Assembly: GCA_024227155.1 (NCBI GenBank)
Contig: JAAELB010000346.1
Location: 9,065-73,064, forward strand
Origin: Desulfobulbaceae bacterium
GTDB taxonomy: Bacteria > Desulfobacterota > Desulfobulbia > Desulfobulbales > Desulfocapsaceae
Reading direction: 5' to 3'
DNA length: 64,000 bases
This document shows positions 10,218-20,100 of this stretch, piece after piece. A program made the position numbers and the translations under genes. Every line of letters begins with the position of its first letter. The stretch's first letter is position 1. The notes beneath the pieces were generated by a model that saw only the letters and a list, made by a program, of their open reading frames with translations, ran no database searches and was not told the origin of the DNA.

Positions 10218-11246
10218 ATGAAATACGACGTTGTCATTGTTGGAGCGGGTCCCGCTGGACTATCATGTGCTGAAATATGTTCTAAGAATGGATTGCGAAC
10301 CCTGGTTCTCGAGCGAAAGGTTATCCTCGGGAAAAAGGTGTGCGCAGGTGGAATTACATGGAATGGCTTGCTGAGAAAAGTAGAAGATATTTCACAAAAA
10401 AAATTTTCCACGCAACATATTTTCACCCAGTTGCAACACGCGACAGTCAGCGAAAAAGATCCGATCATTGCCACAGTAAATCGCCAGGAACTAGGGAAGT
10501 TGATGGCAGCAAAAGCCATTAATTGCGGGGCTGAGATCAAATTGGGATGGCAGGTTACCAAAATCGGGAATGACACCATCACCATAAAGAATAAAAAACA
10601 AGGTCACTGTGAAGTTTTAAAATATTCTCATCTTGTAGGTGCCGACGGCTCCACATCAACTGTTAGAAAATATCTGCAATTGCCTGTTCAACGCTATGGA
10701 GTTGGAATAAATTATCAGATTAGCGGCTGTTATGACAATATGGAATGGCATTTAACCAGTAAACTTTTCAGAAGCGGTTACGCCTGGATATTTCCACATA
10801 AAGGCACTATTTCTATCGGCGCCTACGCAGACGCTAAGGTCATTACAGCGCTAGAATTAAAGAAAAACTTATTGATATGGGCAAAGACTGTGGGTTTTGA
10901 GCTGGAGAAAGAAAAAGCTCAGGCAGAGGTCATAAATTTTGATTACCAGGGGAGTATATTTAGCAACAGGTACCTTGCGGGTGATGCCGCCGGACTCGCT
11001 TCAGGGCTCACTGGAGAGGGAATTTACCCCGCTATAATCTCAGGAGAGTATATTGGCAATAAAATTATTAATCCATCCCATTCTTCCATTGAATTTGATC
11101 GTTTAATAAAAAACCATCAAAGACACAGGAGGGCCGTCTCCATTGCGGGCAAAAACGGGGCTGTTTCAACCCTCCTTTCAGAGATAACCTGTCTTTTTTT
11201 ACGCTTGAAGCTTCTAAATTTTAAAGCGGCGGAGATGGCTCGCTGA
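10218..11246 (+). CDS. Geranylgeranyl reductase-family FAD-dependent oxidoreductase
   Basis: VGAGPAG, KVCAGG, VGADG, GYAWIFP, LAGDAAG...TGEGIYPAI motifs. Confidence 0.88.
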   Translation: MKYDVVIVGAGPAGLSCAEICSKNGLRTLVLERKVILGKKVCAGGITWNGLLRKVEDISQKKFSTQHIFTQLQHATVSEKDPIIATVNRQELGKLMAAKAINCGAEIKLGWQVTKIGNDTITIKNKKQGHCEVLKYSHLVGADGSTSTVRKYLQLPVQRYGVGINYQISGCYDNMEWHLTSKLFRSGYAWIFPHKGTISIGAYADAKVITALELKKNLLIWAKTVGFELEKEKAQAEVINFDYQGSIFSNRYLAGDAAGLASGLTGEGIYPAIISGEYIGNKIINPSHSSIEFDRLIKNHQRHRRAVSIAGKNGAVSTLLSEITCLFLRLKLLNFKAAEMAR

Positions 11247-11275
11247 TTATTCTTAACTTTTATTAATTATAAAAT

Positions 11276-11554
11276 ATGACTCAACATTCCAAACAAAAGA
11301 AAAAAAGTTTTTTCCTGGTGAACAGTTTGTTCGTTCTGATTTTAGCTGGAGTATTAATCTTTTTACTCAATGCCCCGGAGGAAACCACCTCATTTTTGCC
11401 AAAAGATGAAATTCATTTACAGTTTCATGGAATTAAAAGCAAAAAAGAAGCTGAAAAATTTTGTCTGGAGTGCCATGACATCGGTAAGGATGCCCCGCTA
11501 CCTGAGGGGCATCCTCCTAAATTTCGTTGTCTTTTTTGCCATAAAAGAAAATAA
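11276..11554 (+). CDS. Small membrane-anchored diheme c-type cytochrome
   Basis: One N-terminal TM helix; two CxxCH motifs (CLECH, CLFCH); extra His in DEIH and GHPP. Confidence 0.8.
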   Translation: MTQHSKQKKKSFFLVNSLFVLILAGVLIFLLNAPEETTSFLPKDEIHLQFHGIKSKKEAEKFCLECHDIGKDAPLPEGHPPKFRCLFCHKRK

Positions 11555-11568
11555 TTGCCCCCCCTCTA

Positions 11569-14214
11569 TCACGGTTGGGATTTAAGGCTTTTCGAAACAA
11601 TTTCAAAGACATCCCGCGACAATGTTTTTTGGCTTAAAATTCTTTCCAATTCAGCTTTCATCAGAGCACCTCGAATGGGCTCGTAGCGTTTCCAGCTGAT
11701 GAGTGGCGTTACAAGTCGAGCTGCAATCTGCGGGTTAATGTTGTTTAACTCCAGTATCCGATCAGCAAGAAATCTATACCCTTTGCCATCTTTGCAGTGA
11801 AACAGGTTATGGTTCCCGGAACAGAACGAGCCTATCAGTGAGCGAACCTTGTTGGGATTTGATATGGAAAACGCTGGGTGGCCCATCAATTGAGTAACCT
11901 TATCTAAGGTTTCTGGTAGATTTGACATTGCCTGGAGGGCAAACCATTTATCCAGCACAAGTGGGTCGTCGGACCATTTTTTATAAAAATGATCAACCGC
12001 CCTGTCTCTAACTTCTCCTCCGATATTTATTAGATGGGTTAGAGCAGCCACCGCATCGGTCATATTTTCGGCAGTTATGTATTGTTCCTGGCAAAATTCG
12101 AGAACTTCTTCCGGCAGTGGGTCAAGGGCCGCCAAATAGCCAAGGCACACATTCTTTAAGCTCCTTTTAGCCATTGCCACAGGTTCCAGTGAATGTTTCC
12201 CCGACTCCTTATTTTGTTGATAAAGCTCCTGAAAGCGAATCCTGTTTCTCTCACTAATTGCTTTTTTAACTAACTTCTTTGCCCGGTGCAGGGAAGATGG
12301 GTGGATCTGATCCATTTCCTGGGCTAGTGTTGCTTCCGAAGGTAACTGTAAAGATAATGCTAAAAGAGCTGGGTCAGATGTGGCGGCACTGATGCTTTTA
12401 GAAACAGCTTCAAGGTAAATGTCGTCGATAACAACAGGTTTCTTCAGTCTCAATTGTTTTACAACTTCAAGCATAATTTCGCTTGAGAGTCTATTCATGC
12501 TGTCCCAACGGTTAAAAAGATTAGGGTCATTGGCTGCAAGTAATGCTAATTCTTCACGGCTTTGGAACTGTTTGACACGAACCGGGGCAGAAAAATCTCT
12601 CAGGAATGACAATACAGGCAACTCTTTGATGTCTTCAAAGACAAAGAGTTGTTCCTTCTCACAAAGCTGCAACACAACCGAATTATCATCACTATCGGTT
12701 TCAAGCAGGCTCTTTCCTTCTGCTCCTAATAGTCCAACAGTGATCGGCATATGAAAGGGCAGTTTTTGAGACTGTCCCGGAGTATCAGGACAACTTTGAT
12801 TGATAACTATTTTATATTTACTACTCTCTGTCAGCCACTCGGTCTTTACAGTGAGAACCGGTGTTCCCGCCTGACTGTACCAGTTCTTGAACTGTTCAAG
12901 ATTGACACCTGAACCATCACTTATAGCTGCCACAAAATCATCACAGGTGACAGCCTGACCATCGTGTCGCTTGAAATAAAGATCCATTCCCTTCCGGAAA
13001 GAGTTAGCACCTATCAGGGTGTGCATCATACGAATGACTTCTGCACCTTTGTTATAGACAGTTGCTGTATAGAAATTGTTTATTTCAAGGAAGGAGTCAG
13101 GTCGTATAGGATGAGCCATGGGACTTGAATCTTCCTTAAATTGAAAATTTTTAAGAAGTCGCACATCATCAATTCTCTGGACCGGCCTGGAGTTCATGTC
13201 AGAGGAAAATTCCTGGTCTCTAAATACCGTAAGTCCCTCTTTAAGGCTTAACTGAAACCAGTCCCTGCAGGTAACTCTGTTTCCGGTCCAGTTATGGAAA
13301 TACTCATGGGCTATGACACCTTCAACACCAAGATAATCCTGATCTGTTGCGCTTTCCCTGGTTGTGAGAACGTATTTTGAGTTAAAAACATTCAACCCTT
13401 TATTCTCCATGGCACCCATATTAAAATCATCAACTGCGACCACCATATAGTTGTTCAGATCATATTCGAGACCAAACACTTCTTCATCCCAACGCATGGA
13501 TTTTTTTAGGGATACCATAGCATGGTCGCATTTTTCTCTATTTCTTTCTTCAACAAATATTTTGAGATCAATGTTTTTTCCCGATTTTGTCTCAAATTCA
13601 TCTTCGATCGATACAAGCCTTCCAGCAACCAAAGCAAAAAGATAGCTGGGCTTTGGGAAAGGGTCCTGCCAAATTGCAAAATGACGGTTCTCCTGGAGTT
13701 CACCTGACTCAATCAAATTTCCATTGGAAAGCATCACAGGACAACTATCTCTATCTGCCTCAATCCTTGTCGTAAACTTAGAAAGAACATCAGGTCTGTC
13801 CGGGTAGTAGCTGATTTTGCGAAATCCTTCAGCTTCACACTGAGTGCAGTAGTTGCCGCTGGATCGGTATAAACCTTCGAGAGAACTATTCTTGTCAGGG
13901 TAGATGACAGTAACAATCTCAAGTAGAAATTCATCCGGTACCGAATTTATGGTGAGGCTAGTGCTATCTAGCAGATATCCGTCGGCCGCTACTGTTTTTC
14001 CATTTATGCTCAGAGATACTAACTCCAGTTGTTCTCCGTAGAGAAAAAGTGGAATTTCAGTTTTTTGCGAACTAGCTTTTCTCACATAATGTGCTTTTGA
14101 GGTTACAGTTGTTTGCTCATCTTTAAGCTCAAAATTAAGATTAATTGACTTGAGGTTGAAATCAAAGCTTTTGTAATCTTTACGATATATAGAAACAGGC
14201 TGATCATTTTTCAT
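11569..14214 (-). CDS. pepN: Aminopeptidase N (M1 family)
   Basis: CTQCEAEGFR, GAMENKGLN, HEYFHNWTGNRVT...E zinc motif, NPNKVRSLIG C-terminal domain. Confidence 0.97.
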   Translation of the reverse strand: MKNDQPVSIYRKDYKSFDFNLKSINLNFELKDEQTTVTSKAHYVRKASSQKTEIPLFLYGEQLELVSLSINGKTVAADGYLLDSTSLTINSVPDEFLLEIVTVIYPDKNSSLEGLYRSSGNYCTQCEAEGFRKISYYPDRPDVLSKFTTRIEADRDSCPVMLSNGNLIESGELQENRHFAIWQDPFPKPSYLFALVAGRLVSIEDEFETKSGKNIDLKIFVEERNREKCDHAMVSLKKSMRWDEEVFGLEYDLNNYMVVAVDDFNMGAMENKGLNVFNSKYVLTTRESATDQDYLGVEGVIAHEYFHNWTGNRVTCRDWFQLSLKEGLTVFRDQEFSSDMNSRPVQRIDDVRLLKNFQFKEDSSPMAHPIRPDSFLEINNFYTATVYNKGAEVIRMMHTLIGANSFRKGMDLYFKRHDGQAVTCDDFVAAISDGSGVNLEQFKNWYSQAGTPVLTVKTEWLTESSKYKIVINQSCPDTPGQSQKLPFHMPITVGLLGAEGKSLLETDSDDNSVVLQLCEKEQLFVFEDIKELPVLSFLRDFSAPVRVKQFQSREELALLAANDPNLFNRWDSMNRLSSEIMLEVVKQLRLKKPVVIDDIYLEAVSKSISAATSDPALLALSLQLPSEATLAQEMDQIHPSSLHRAKKLVKKAISERNRIRFQELYQQNKESGKHSLEPVAMAKRSLKNVCLGYLAALDPLPEEVLEFCQEQYITAENMTDAVAALTHLINIGGEVRDRAVDHFYKKWSDDPLVLDKWFALQAMSNLPETLDKVTQLMGHPAFSISNPNKVRSLIGSFCSGNHNLFHCKDGKGYRFLADRILELNNINPQIAARLVTPLISWKRYEPIRGALMKAELERILSQKTLSRDVFEIVSKSLKSQP

Positions 14215-14260
14215 AATAGGCTTTTAACCCCGGGTTCAGAAGATAGAGGTAGTTTGTAGG

Positions 14261-14288
14261 TTGACAGTGGTGTTCATTCAATTATATT
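14261..14288 (+). promoter_or_regulatory. Putative sigma70 promoter of dapL
   Basis: TTGACA (14261-14266), 16 bp spacer, TATATT (14283-14288). Confidence 0.45.
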
Positions 14289-14363
14289 TACAACACATTT
14301 TGTAAATTGTAGCAGAAAACAGTTTAACTCCTTTCCCTTATATGACAACTGAGAAACGTATAA

Positions 14364-15587
14364 ATGATTACAATTAATGAGAATTACCTAAAATTACAGG
14401 CATCGTATCTTTTTTCCGATATCGCAAAGCGTGTCGCCTCCTTTCAAGAAAATAATCCAGATAAAGATGTGATTAAACTTGGAATCGGAGATGTTACCAA
14501 AGGATTAACCCCCGCTTCAATTAAGGCATTTCATGAAGCTGTGGATGAGATGGCTGAAGACACAACCTTCAGAGGCTATGGCCCGGAACAGGGATATGAC
14601 TTTCTTCGCGAAGCAATTGCAGTAAATGATTTCCAAAGCCGTGGAGCACAAATAGCAGCTGATGAAATATTTGTTAGCGATGGGGCTAAATGCGATTCAG
14701 GTAACATTCAGGAGATTTTCTCACAGGATATAAAAATTGCCATCCCAGACCCCGTCTATCCAGTTTATCTTGACACAAATGTAATGGCGGGAAGAACTGG
14801 TTTATTCGAAGAGGGTCGATACGAAGGACTTGTTTACCTTAACTCAACAAAAGATAATAATTTTGTACCCGCATTACCATCTGAGAAGGTCGATCTGATC
14901 TACCTCTGCTTTCCAAACAATCCAACTGGTTCCACCATTTCAAAGGAGGAATTGAAGACATGGGTTGATTATGCGAAAAAGAATAAAGCCCTCATCCTGT
15001 TTGATGCAGCTTATGAGGCATTTATCCAGGATGAATCTCTACCTAAATCGATATTTGAAATAGAGGGTGCCCGGGAAGTAGCCATTGAATTCAGAAGTTT
15101 TTCCAAAAGTGCAGGTTTCACCGGGACGCGCTGTGCCTATACAGTAGTGCCTAAAGAATGTGTAGCATACGATAAAGATGGAAATACACACTCTCTGCAT
15201 GCATTATGGAACCGCAGGCATTGCACTAAATTTAACGGGGTATCCTATCCTGTACAGAAGGCAGCCGCAGCCATCTACACCGCAGAGGGCAAGGCACAGA
15301 CAAAAGCTCTCATTGATTATTATATGAAAAATGCAGATGCTGTCTGCAAGACAATGGATGAGCTTGGTTATAGCTATGTGGGAGGGAAAAATTCTCCATA
15401 TATCTGGGTAGATGGTAAAATCGACTCTTGGGAATTTTTTGATATGCTACTGAATAAGGCTGGAGTTGTCTGTACCCCTGGGGCAGGATTCGGCAAATGC
15501 GGTAACGGCTATATACGTATTTCAGCATTTAACAGTCACGAAAAAGTGGCCGAAGCAATGGAAAGACTAAAGGCTGCTCTTCGTTGA
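14364..15587 (+). CDS. dapL: LL-diaminopimelate aminotransferase
   Basis: [53 protein letters not shown] (PLP Lys). Confidence 0.96.
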   Translation: MITINENYLKLQASYLFSDIAKRVASFQENNPDKDVIKLGIGDVTKGLTPASIKAFHEAVDEMAEDTTFRGYGPEQGYDFLREAIAVNDFQSRGAQIAADEIFVSDGAKCDSGNIQEIFSQDIKIAIPDPVYPVYLDTNVMAGRTGLFEEGRYEGLVYLNSTKDNNFVPALPSEKVDLIYLCFPNNPTGSTISKEELKTWVDYAKKNKALILFDAAYEAFIQDESLPKSIFEIEGAREVAIEFRSFSKSAGFTGTRCAYTVVPKECVAYDKDGNTHSLHALWNRRHCTKFNGVSYPVQKAAAAIYTAEGKAQTKALIDYYMKNADAVCKTMDELGYSYVGGKNSPYIWVDGKIDSWEFFDMLLNKAGVVCTPGAGFGKCGNGYIRISAFNSHEKVAEAMERLKAALR

Positions 15588-15619
15588 GATAATTGATAAG
15601 CAATCGCTACAATAGGCAT

Positions 15620-15652
15620 AAAGGCATTGAACACTTCTGTTCAATGCCTTTT
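15620..15652. terminator. Bidirectional terminator between convergent dapL and ispH
   Basis: Perfect stem AAAGGCATTGAACA-CTTC-TGTTCAATGCCTTT. Confidence 0.8.
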
Positions 15653-15672
15653 GTGATTTTCAGCGGCCATTA

Positions 15673-16611
15673 TCACTTCTTTGTTTCAGGAAAAGGGGCT
15701 GCCGGGAAGTGGATATTTTCGTTGATGCCATCTATTTCATCAACCGTCACCTCATTAAAGGATCGTAACCAATCTATTACACCGTCAACGAGTCTTTCTG
15801 GTGCTGAAGCACCCGCAGTTATGCCAATGCTGGAAACGTCCTCAATCCAGTTTCTATCGATGTCGTTATGATCGTCAATAAGATATGCTGGTACGCCACA
15901 TCTGCCTGCAACTTCCTTGAGTCTGTTAGAGTTTGAACTGTTCTTCGAACCGACCACAAAAACGATATCAGACTGTTCCGCAAGAATCCTCACAGCATCC
16001 TGGCGATTCTGAGTTGCGAAACAGATATTTGATTTTGGTCCTTTAATTGTTGGGAATCTATTTTTCAGTATTGATAATATGCCAGTGATATCGGCTTTAG
16101 TAAGTGTTGTCTGAGTAACATATCCAACTTTATCTGGATTATGTACCCTCACAAGCTCTGCTTCACTTTCTGTGGCAATGGTCTTAACTCTATCGGAGAC
16201 CCTGCCCGCAGTTCCTTCTACTTCCGGGTGATTATGGTGACCTATAATAAGAACATCATTTTTATCAGCATGGTACTTTTCAACCATGCGATGCACACTT
16301 GTGACAAGTGGGCACGTTGCATCAATAGTTAGTAATCCAAGTTCTGCGGCGTAATTTTCAACTGCAACTGGAACACCATGGGCACTGAAAATACACACCT
16401 CTCCACTGGGAACATCGGCAAGATGTTCAACGAAGATTGCCCCCATGGTCTTTAATTCGTCTATCACATGTTTATTGTGGACAATCTCATGTAAAACATA
16501 GACCGGTTTTCCATATTTTTCCAGACTGTACTTTACAGTTTCTATCGCGCGCTCAACCCCGGCACAGAAACCTCTTGGGGAGGCGAGGTGAACATAATAG
16601 GAAGTAGACAC
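15673..16611 (-). CDS. ispH: 4-hydroxy-3-methylbut-2-enyl diphosphate reductase
   Basis: PRGFCAGVERA, EIVHN, SAHG, DATCPLV, ICFATQNRQ, GSKNSSNS; likely GTG start at 16611 after AAGGAG (ORF open to 16650). Confidence 0.96.
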   Translation of the reverse strand: MSTSYYVHLASPRGFCAGVERAIETVKYSLEKYGKPVYVLHEIVHNKHVIDELKTMGAIFVEHLADVPSGEVCIFSAHGVPVAVENYAAELGLLTIDATCPLVTSVHRMVEKYHADKNDVLIIGHHNHPEVEGTAGRVSDRVKTIATESEAELVRVHNPDKVGYVTQTTLTKADITGILSILKNRFPTIKGPKSNICFATQNRQDAVRILAEQSDIVFVVGSKNSSNSNRLKEVAGRCGVPAYLIDDHNDIDRNWIEDVSSIGITAGASAPERLVDGVIDWLRSFNEVTVDEIDGINENIHFPAAPFPETKK

Positions 16612-16651
16612 AAAAAACTCCTTTTTACGTGAAATCATGGAGTAAGGCACT

Positions 16652-16703
16652 AAAAAGCCCCTGCATCAGCTATTTCAAATAGCGGACACAGGGGCTTCTT
16701 TTT
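16652..16703 (-). terminator. Intrinsic terminator of dctPQM
   Basis: AAAAAGCCCCTG...CAGGGGCTTCTTTTT inverted repeat just past the dctM stop. Confidence 0.7.
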
Positions 16704-16721
16704 GAATCCTACAGTATAAGA

Positions 16722-18122
16722 CTAATTAAAGCCTTGTAATTTGTCTAGTAATTCAGGCAAAAACAGCGATACTTGTGGGACATAAGTAATAATAACGAGG
16801 AAGGTGAGCAAAACCATAAGCCATGGTACACAGGCTTTGATTGCCCATCCGATCGAGTGGCCAGTTACACCGGATATGACAAAGAGGTTGAGGCCTACAG
16901 GGGGAGTCAACATCCCTATCTCCATATTTACCACCATAATTATACCAAGATGGATTGGATCAATGCCTAGTTTAACTGCAATGGGAAATAAAATTGGTGC
17001 CATAATCAACAAAATTGCTGAAGGCTCCATAAAATTACCAGCAGCTAGCAGTAACAGGTTGACCACAACAAGAAACATCCATGGTGAAAGACCCCAGCTG
17101 ACAATCAACTCTGCTATATGGTGAGGGATTCGTTCCGTGGTCAGCACATGGGCAAAGAGCATTGCATTAGCAATTATAAAAAGCAGCATTATACTGACTT
17201 TCGATGCATCCAGGAAAACCTTATTGATTTCTTTGTCGGTTATAATTTTGGGTAAAGTAACAATAATTTCCTTGAGATTACGACCAAACATCGATGCTGT
17301 ACCCTCTCCTTCTTCACGCCATGGTACCTCTTTCAGAGGACCCATATCCCTGTAGCCATAGATAGCTACCCAGAAGGCATAAACAGCAGAAACAGCAGCG
17401 GCCTCAGTTGGGCTTGCAATTCCACCGTAAATAGAGCCAAGCACTATGACGATCAGCATCAGACCGCCCGTAGCACTAAATCCGGAAATTAATATTTCTT
17501 TGAATCCGGCCCAGGGCTGGCTTGGGATTTTTTTGTACCTGGCTACAAAGTAGATGACGACCATCAGCATTAGACCCATCATCAGTCCTGGAATAAATCC
17601 TGCCATAAACATTCGGGCTGCTGACACCTCCGTTGCTGCAGCATAGACGAGCATCACAATCGAAGGAGGGATGAGGATTCCGAGGGTACCTGCATTACCT
17701 ATAACACCGGCAGCGAACTCCTCAGGGTACCCTGCTTTTACCATACCAACTATGACTATTGAGCCAATGGCAGCAACCGTTGCTGGAGATGATCCTGAAA
17801 CTGCAGCAAAGATCATACAAGCAATTACTGAGGCCATTGCAATACCGCCTTGAATATGACCAACAAGACTCAGGGCAAACCTGATAATACGTTTTGCAAC
17901 CCCTCCTGTTGAGAGAAAGGTGGAGGAAAGAATGAAAAAGGGAATGGCCAGCAGCGTATAATGCTCAGACAACGCTTCAAATAATTTCAATGCAATAGAT
18001 GCCAGTGAATCATTTGAAAACATCAGAATGGTACCAATACTTGATAGTCCTAAAGCCAACGCTATTGGCATACCGAGCATCATACAACCAAAGAGAAGAA
18101 TAAATAGAGCCGCAGTAGTCAT
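16722..18122 (-). CDS. dctM: TRAP C4-dicarboxylate transporter large permease
   Basis: LLAIPFFIL, SGSSPATVAAIG, GTLGILIPPS, GMLTPPVGLNLF motifs. Confidence 0.93.
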   Translation of the reverse strand: MTTAALFILLFGCMMLGMPIALALGLSSIGTILMFSNDSLASIALKLFEALSEHYTLLAIPFFILSSTFLSTGGVAKRIIRFALSLVGHIQGGIAMASVIACMIFAAVSGSSPATVAAIGSIVIVGMVKAGYPEEFAAGVIGNAGTLGILIPPSIVMLVYAAATEVSAARMFMAGFIPGLMMGLMLMVVIYFVARYKKIPSQPWAGFKEILISGFSATGGLMLIVIVLGSIYGGIASPTEAAAVSAVYAFWVAIYGYRDMGPLKEVPWREEGEGTASMFGRNLKEIIVTLPKIITDKEINKVFLDASKVSIMLLFIIANAMLFAHVLTTERIPHHIAELIVSWGLSPWMFLVVVNLLLLAAGNFMEPSAILLIMAPILFPIAVKLGIDPIHLGIIMVVNMEIGMLTPPVGLNLFVISGVTGHSIGWAIKACVPWLMVLLTFLVIITYVPQVSLFLPELLDKLQGFN

Positions 18123-18664
18123 TATGCTTCCTCCCCTTTTGTTATATCTTCAGCGAGTTCCATGCTCTCTTTTGCTTCATCAGCATGTTTAAATCCATCC
18201 GCTTTATCTGTAATCACGGACCAGAGAATCATTAAAAGTCGAATAGTAAGAAAAGCGAAACCAACCAGAAGCATACCATGGGCAATCCATGTAGGAATTG
18301 GTAAATCTTCCAATTCAATTCCGATCATTTTCATTTTTTTCAGATAGATCCAGCTGCCATAAAGTATTAAACAGCAGTAAATAATCGCTAGTATTGCCGC
18401 AATTGAAGTCAATATACGACGTACCCCACGTGAGAACAGCTTTACAAACGCGTCCATGCCAATATGCGAACCGACCTTTAATCCGTAAGAGGCACCAAAA
18501 AGAACAAACCACCCTGACATGTGCAGGGTTAGTTCCTGAGACCACATGAAGCCGGAATTAAAGCCAAAACGCATTACGACATCAACAAATACCAGGAGTG
18601 TTGTCAGAATCAGCAAGATGCAAATAATTGCCTCTTCCGTACGATTCATGATGCGCATAAACAT
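18122..18664 (-). CDS. dctQ: TRAP transporter small permease
   Basis: Four TM helices, WSQEL...FGASYG...HIGMD; between dctP and dctM. Confidence 0.9.
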   Translation of the reverse strand: MFMRIMNRTEEAIICILLILTTLLVFVDVVMRFGFNSGFMWSQELTLHMSGWFVLFGASYGLKVGSHIGMDAFVKLFSRGVRRILTSIAAILAIIYCCLILYGSWIYLKKMKMIGIELEDLPIPTWIAHGMLLVGFAFLTIRLLMILWSVITDKADGFKHADEAKESMELAEDITKGEEA

Positions 18665-18730
18665 AATTTACCTCTTACAAGCTGAAAAAGGTTTGCACGA
18701 TCTCCAAAAAAGAGATCGTGCCATTTCTAC

Positions 18731-19729
18731 TTACATATTTGATTTGTAAGCTGCGTCAATCATATCTTTGCCGATTTCTTTTTCAAACTCTTCCCAGACG
18801 GGCTTCATGACTTCGACCCACTGGTTTCTCTGAGCATCATCAAGGGTGATAATTTCAGATCGCTTGGATGCTACAATTTTCTGACGGTCATCTTGTGACT
18901 TCTTCAGAGCTACCTCATTACCAAATGCTATCGCTTCATCGAGGGATTTTTTAACGATTGCACGGTCTGCCTCAGGCACTGACATCCAGAATTCCTTTGA
19001 GGTTACTATCATATAGTCGAGCAGACCATGGTTCGATTCTGTGATATAAGGCTGAACCTCAAAAAACTTTTTAGAGAAGATATTCGACCAGGTATTTTCC
19101 TGTCCATCAATAGCTTTGGTTTGAAGAAGAGTAAATACTTCAGAAAACGGTTTTTTTAATGGCGTTGCGTTTACAGCTTTAAATTGAGCCGCAAGAACAT
19201 CTGAAGACATAATTCTAAATTTCAAACCATCGGCGTCGGCAGGTACTGTAAGTGGTTGGCTCGAGGAAAGTTGTTTAAGCCCATTATGCAAATACCCAAG
19301 TCCTACTAACCCTTTTTTCTGAAGGGAAGCTAGTAACTCATCACCTTTAGCACTATTCTGAAATTTTTCAACTGCAGCCATATCCCTAAAAAGGAATGGC
19401 AGATCAAAAATTTGTAGTTTCTTTGTATATCGACTGAATTTTGAAAGTGCTGGTGCTGCCATCTGTACATCCCCTAGGAGCATTGCTTCAAGCACCTTGT
19501 TGTCACCAAAAAGTTGTGAGTTGGGGAAAACTTCGACCTGTATTTTCCCACCGAGCCGTTCGGCGACGAGGTCTTTAAACTTGTTGGCCATCTGGCCTTT
19601 CGGTGTATTCTCGGCTACAACGTGAGAGAATTTAATGGTCATAGGGCCTCCGGCTATGGCAGCACCTGATACCAGACACGCAGAAAGTGCGGCAGTTGCA
19701 ACAAGAGTTGTAATCTTTTTGAACATCAT
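18731..19729 (-). CDS. dctP: TRAP C4-dicarboxylate-binding periplasmic protein
   Basis: Signal peptide from ATG 19729 after GGAGG; IKFSHVVAENTPKG, FPNSQLFGD, GLKFRIM, DGQENTWSNI. Confidence 0.93.
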   Translation of the reverse strand: MMFKKITTLVATAALSACLVSGAAIAGGPMTIKFSHVVAENTPKGQMANKFKDLVAERLGGKIQVEVFPNSQLFGDNKVLEAMLLGDVQMAAPALSKFSRYTKKLQIFDLPFLFRDMAAVEKFQNSAKGDELLASLQKKGLVGLGYLHNGLKQLSSSQPLTVPADADGLKFRIMSSDVLAAQFKAVNATPLKKPFSEVFTLLQTKAIDGQENTWSNIFSKKFFEVQPYITESNHGLLDYMIVTSKEFWMSVPEADRAIVKKSLDEAIAFGNEVALKKSQDDRQKIVASKRSEIITLDDAQRNQWVEVMKPVWEEFEKEIGKDMIDAAYKSNM

Positions 19730-19840
19730 GTTTTCCTCCAATTTGAAAGTTATCGTCCTGGTAAAACCAGTAACAAAGAAACCGACAGTATAATACCTTA
19801 TATGACCACCCAAAAGCTATCCTGTGGACAAAGTTAGTAT

Positions 19841-19856
19841 AGCAAGCTAGAGGCCA
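19841..19856 (-). promoter_or_regulatory. Sigma54 (-24/-12) promoter of dctPQM
   Basis: Minus strand TGGCCTCTAGCTTGCT = GG-N10-GC; adjacent to the dctD activator gene. Confidence 0.8.
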
Positions 19857-19930
19857 GTTCTCTGCTATTGTGCTAAGTGCAGGAGTTTTTGGGGTTTTCC
19901 TTCATACCATCTGTGATTGGACCACACAAA

Positions 19931-19948
19931 TAGGCGGATTTTCACCCA
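19931..19948. promoter_or_regulatory. Putative DctD enhancer site 1
   Basis: TAGGCGGATTTTCACCCA; near-repeat of site 2; resembles the rhizobial DctD box TGTGCGGAAATCCGCACA. Confidence 0.65.
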
Positions 19949-20034
19949 TTACATAGATTGTTTTGGGGAATTTGCTACTATTTCTATTAATTCAAAGAGA
20001 TAGGAGGGGTTTGGCGAGTCGGCTCTATGAAAGA

Positions 20035-20052
20035 GTGGCGGATTTCCACCCA
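20035..20052. promoter_or_regulatory. Putative DctD enhancer site 2
   Basis: GTGGCGGATTTCCACCCA (reverse complement TGGGTGGAAATCCGCCAC), upstream of the sigma54 promoter. Confidence 0.65.
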
Positions 20053-20100
20053 TTTTCAACGAAGAGTGGTAGAAGAAGTACAGAGGAAAGTATCTACAGG

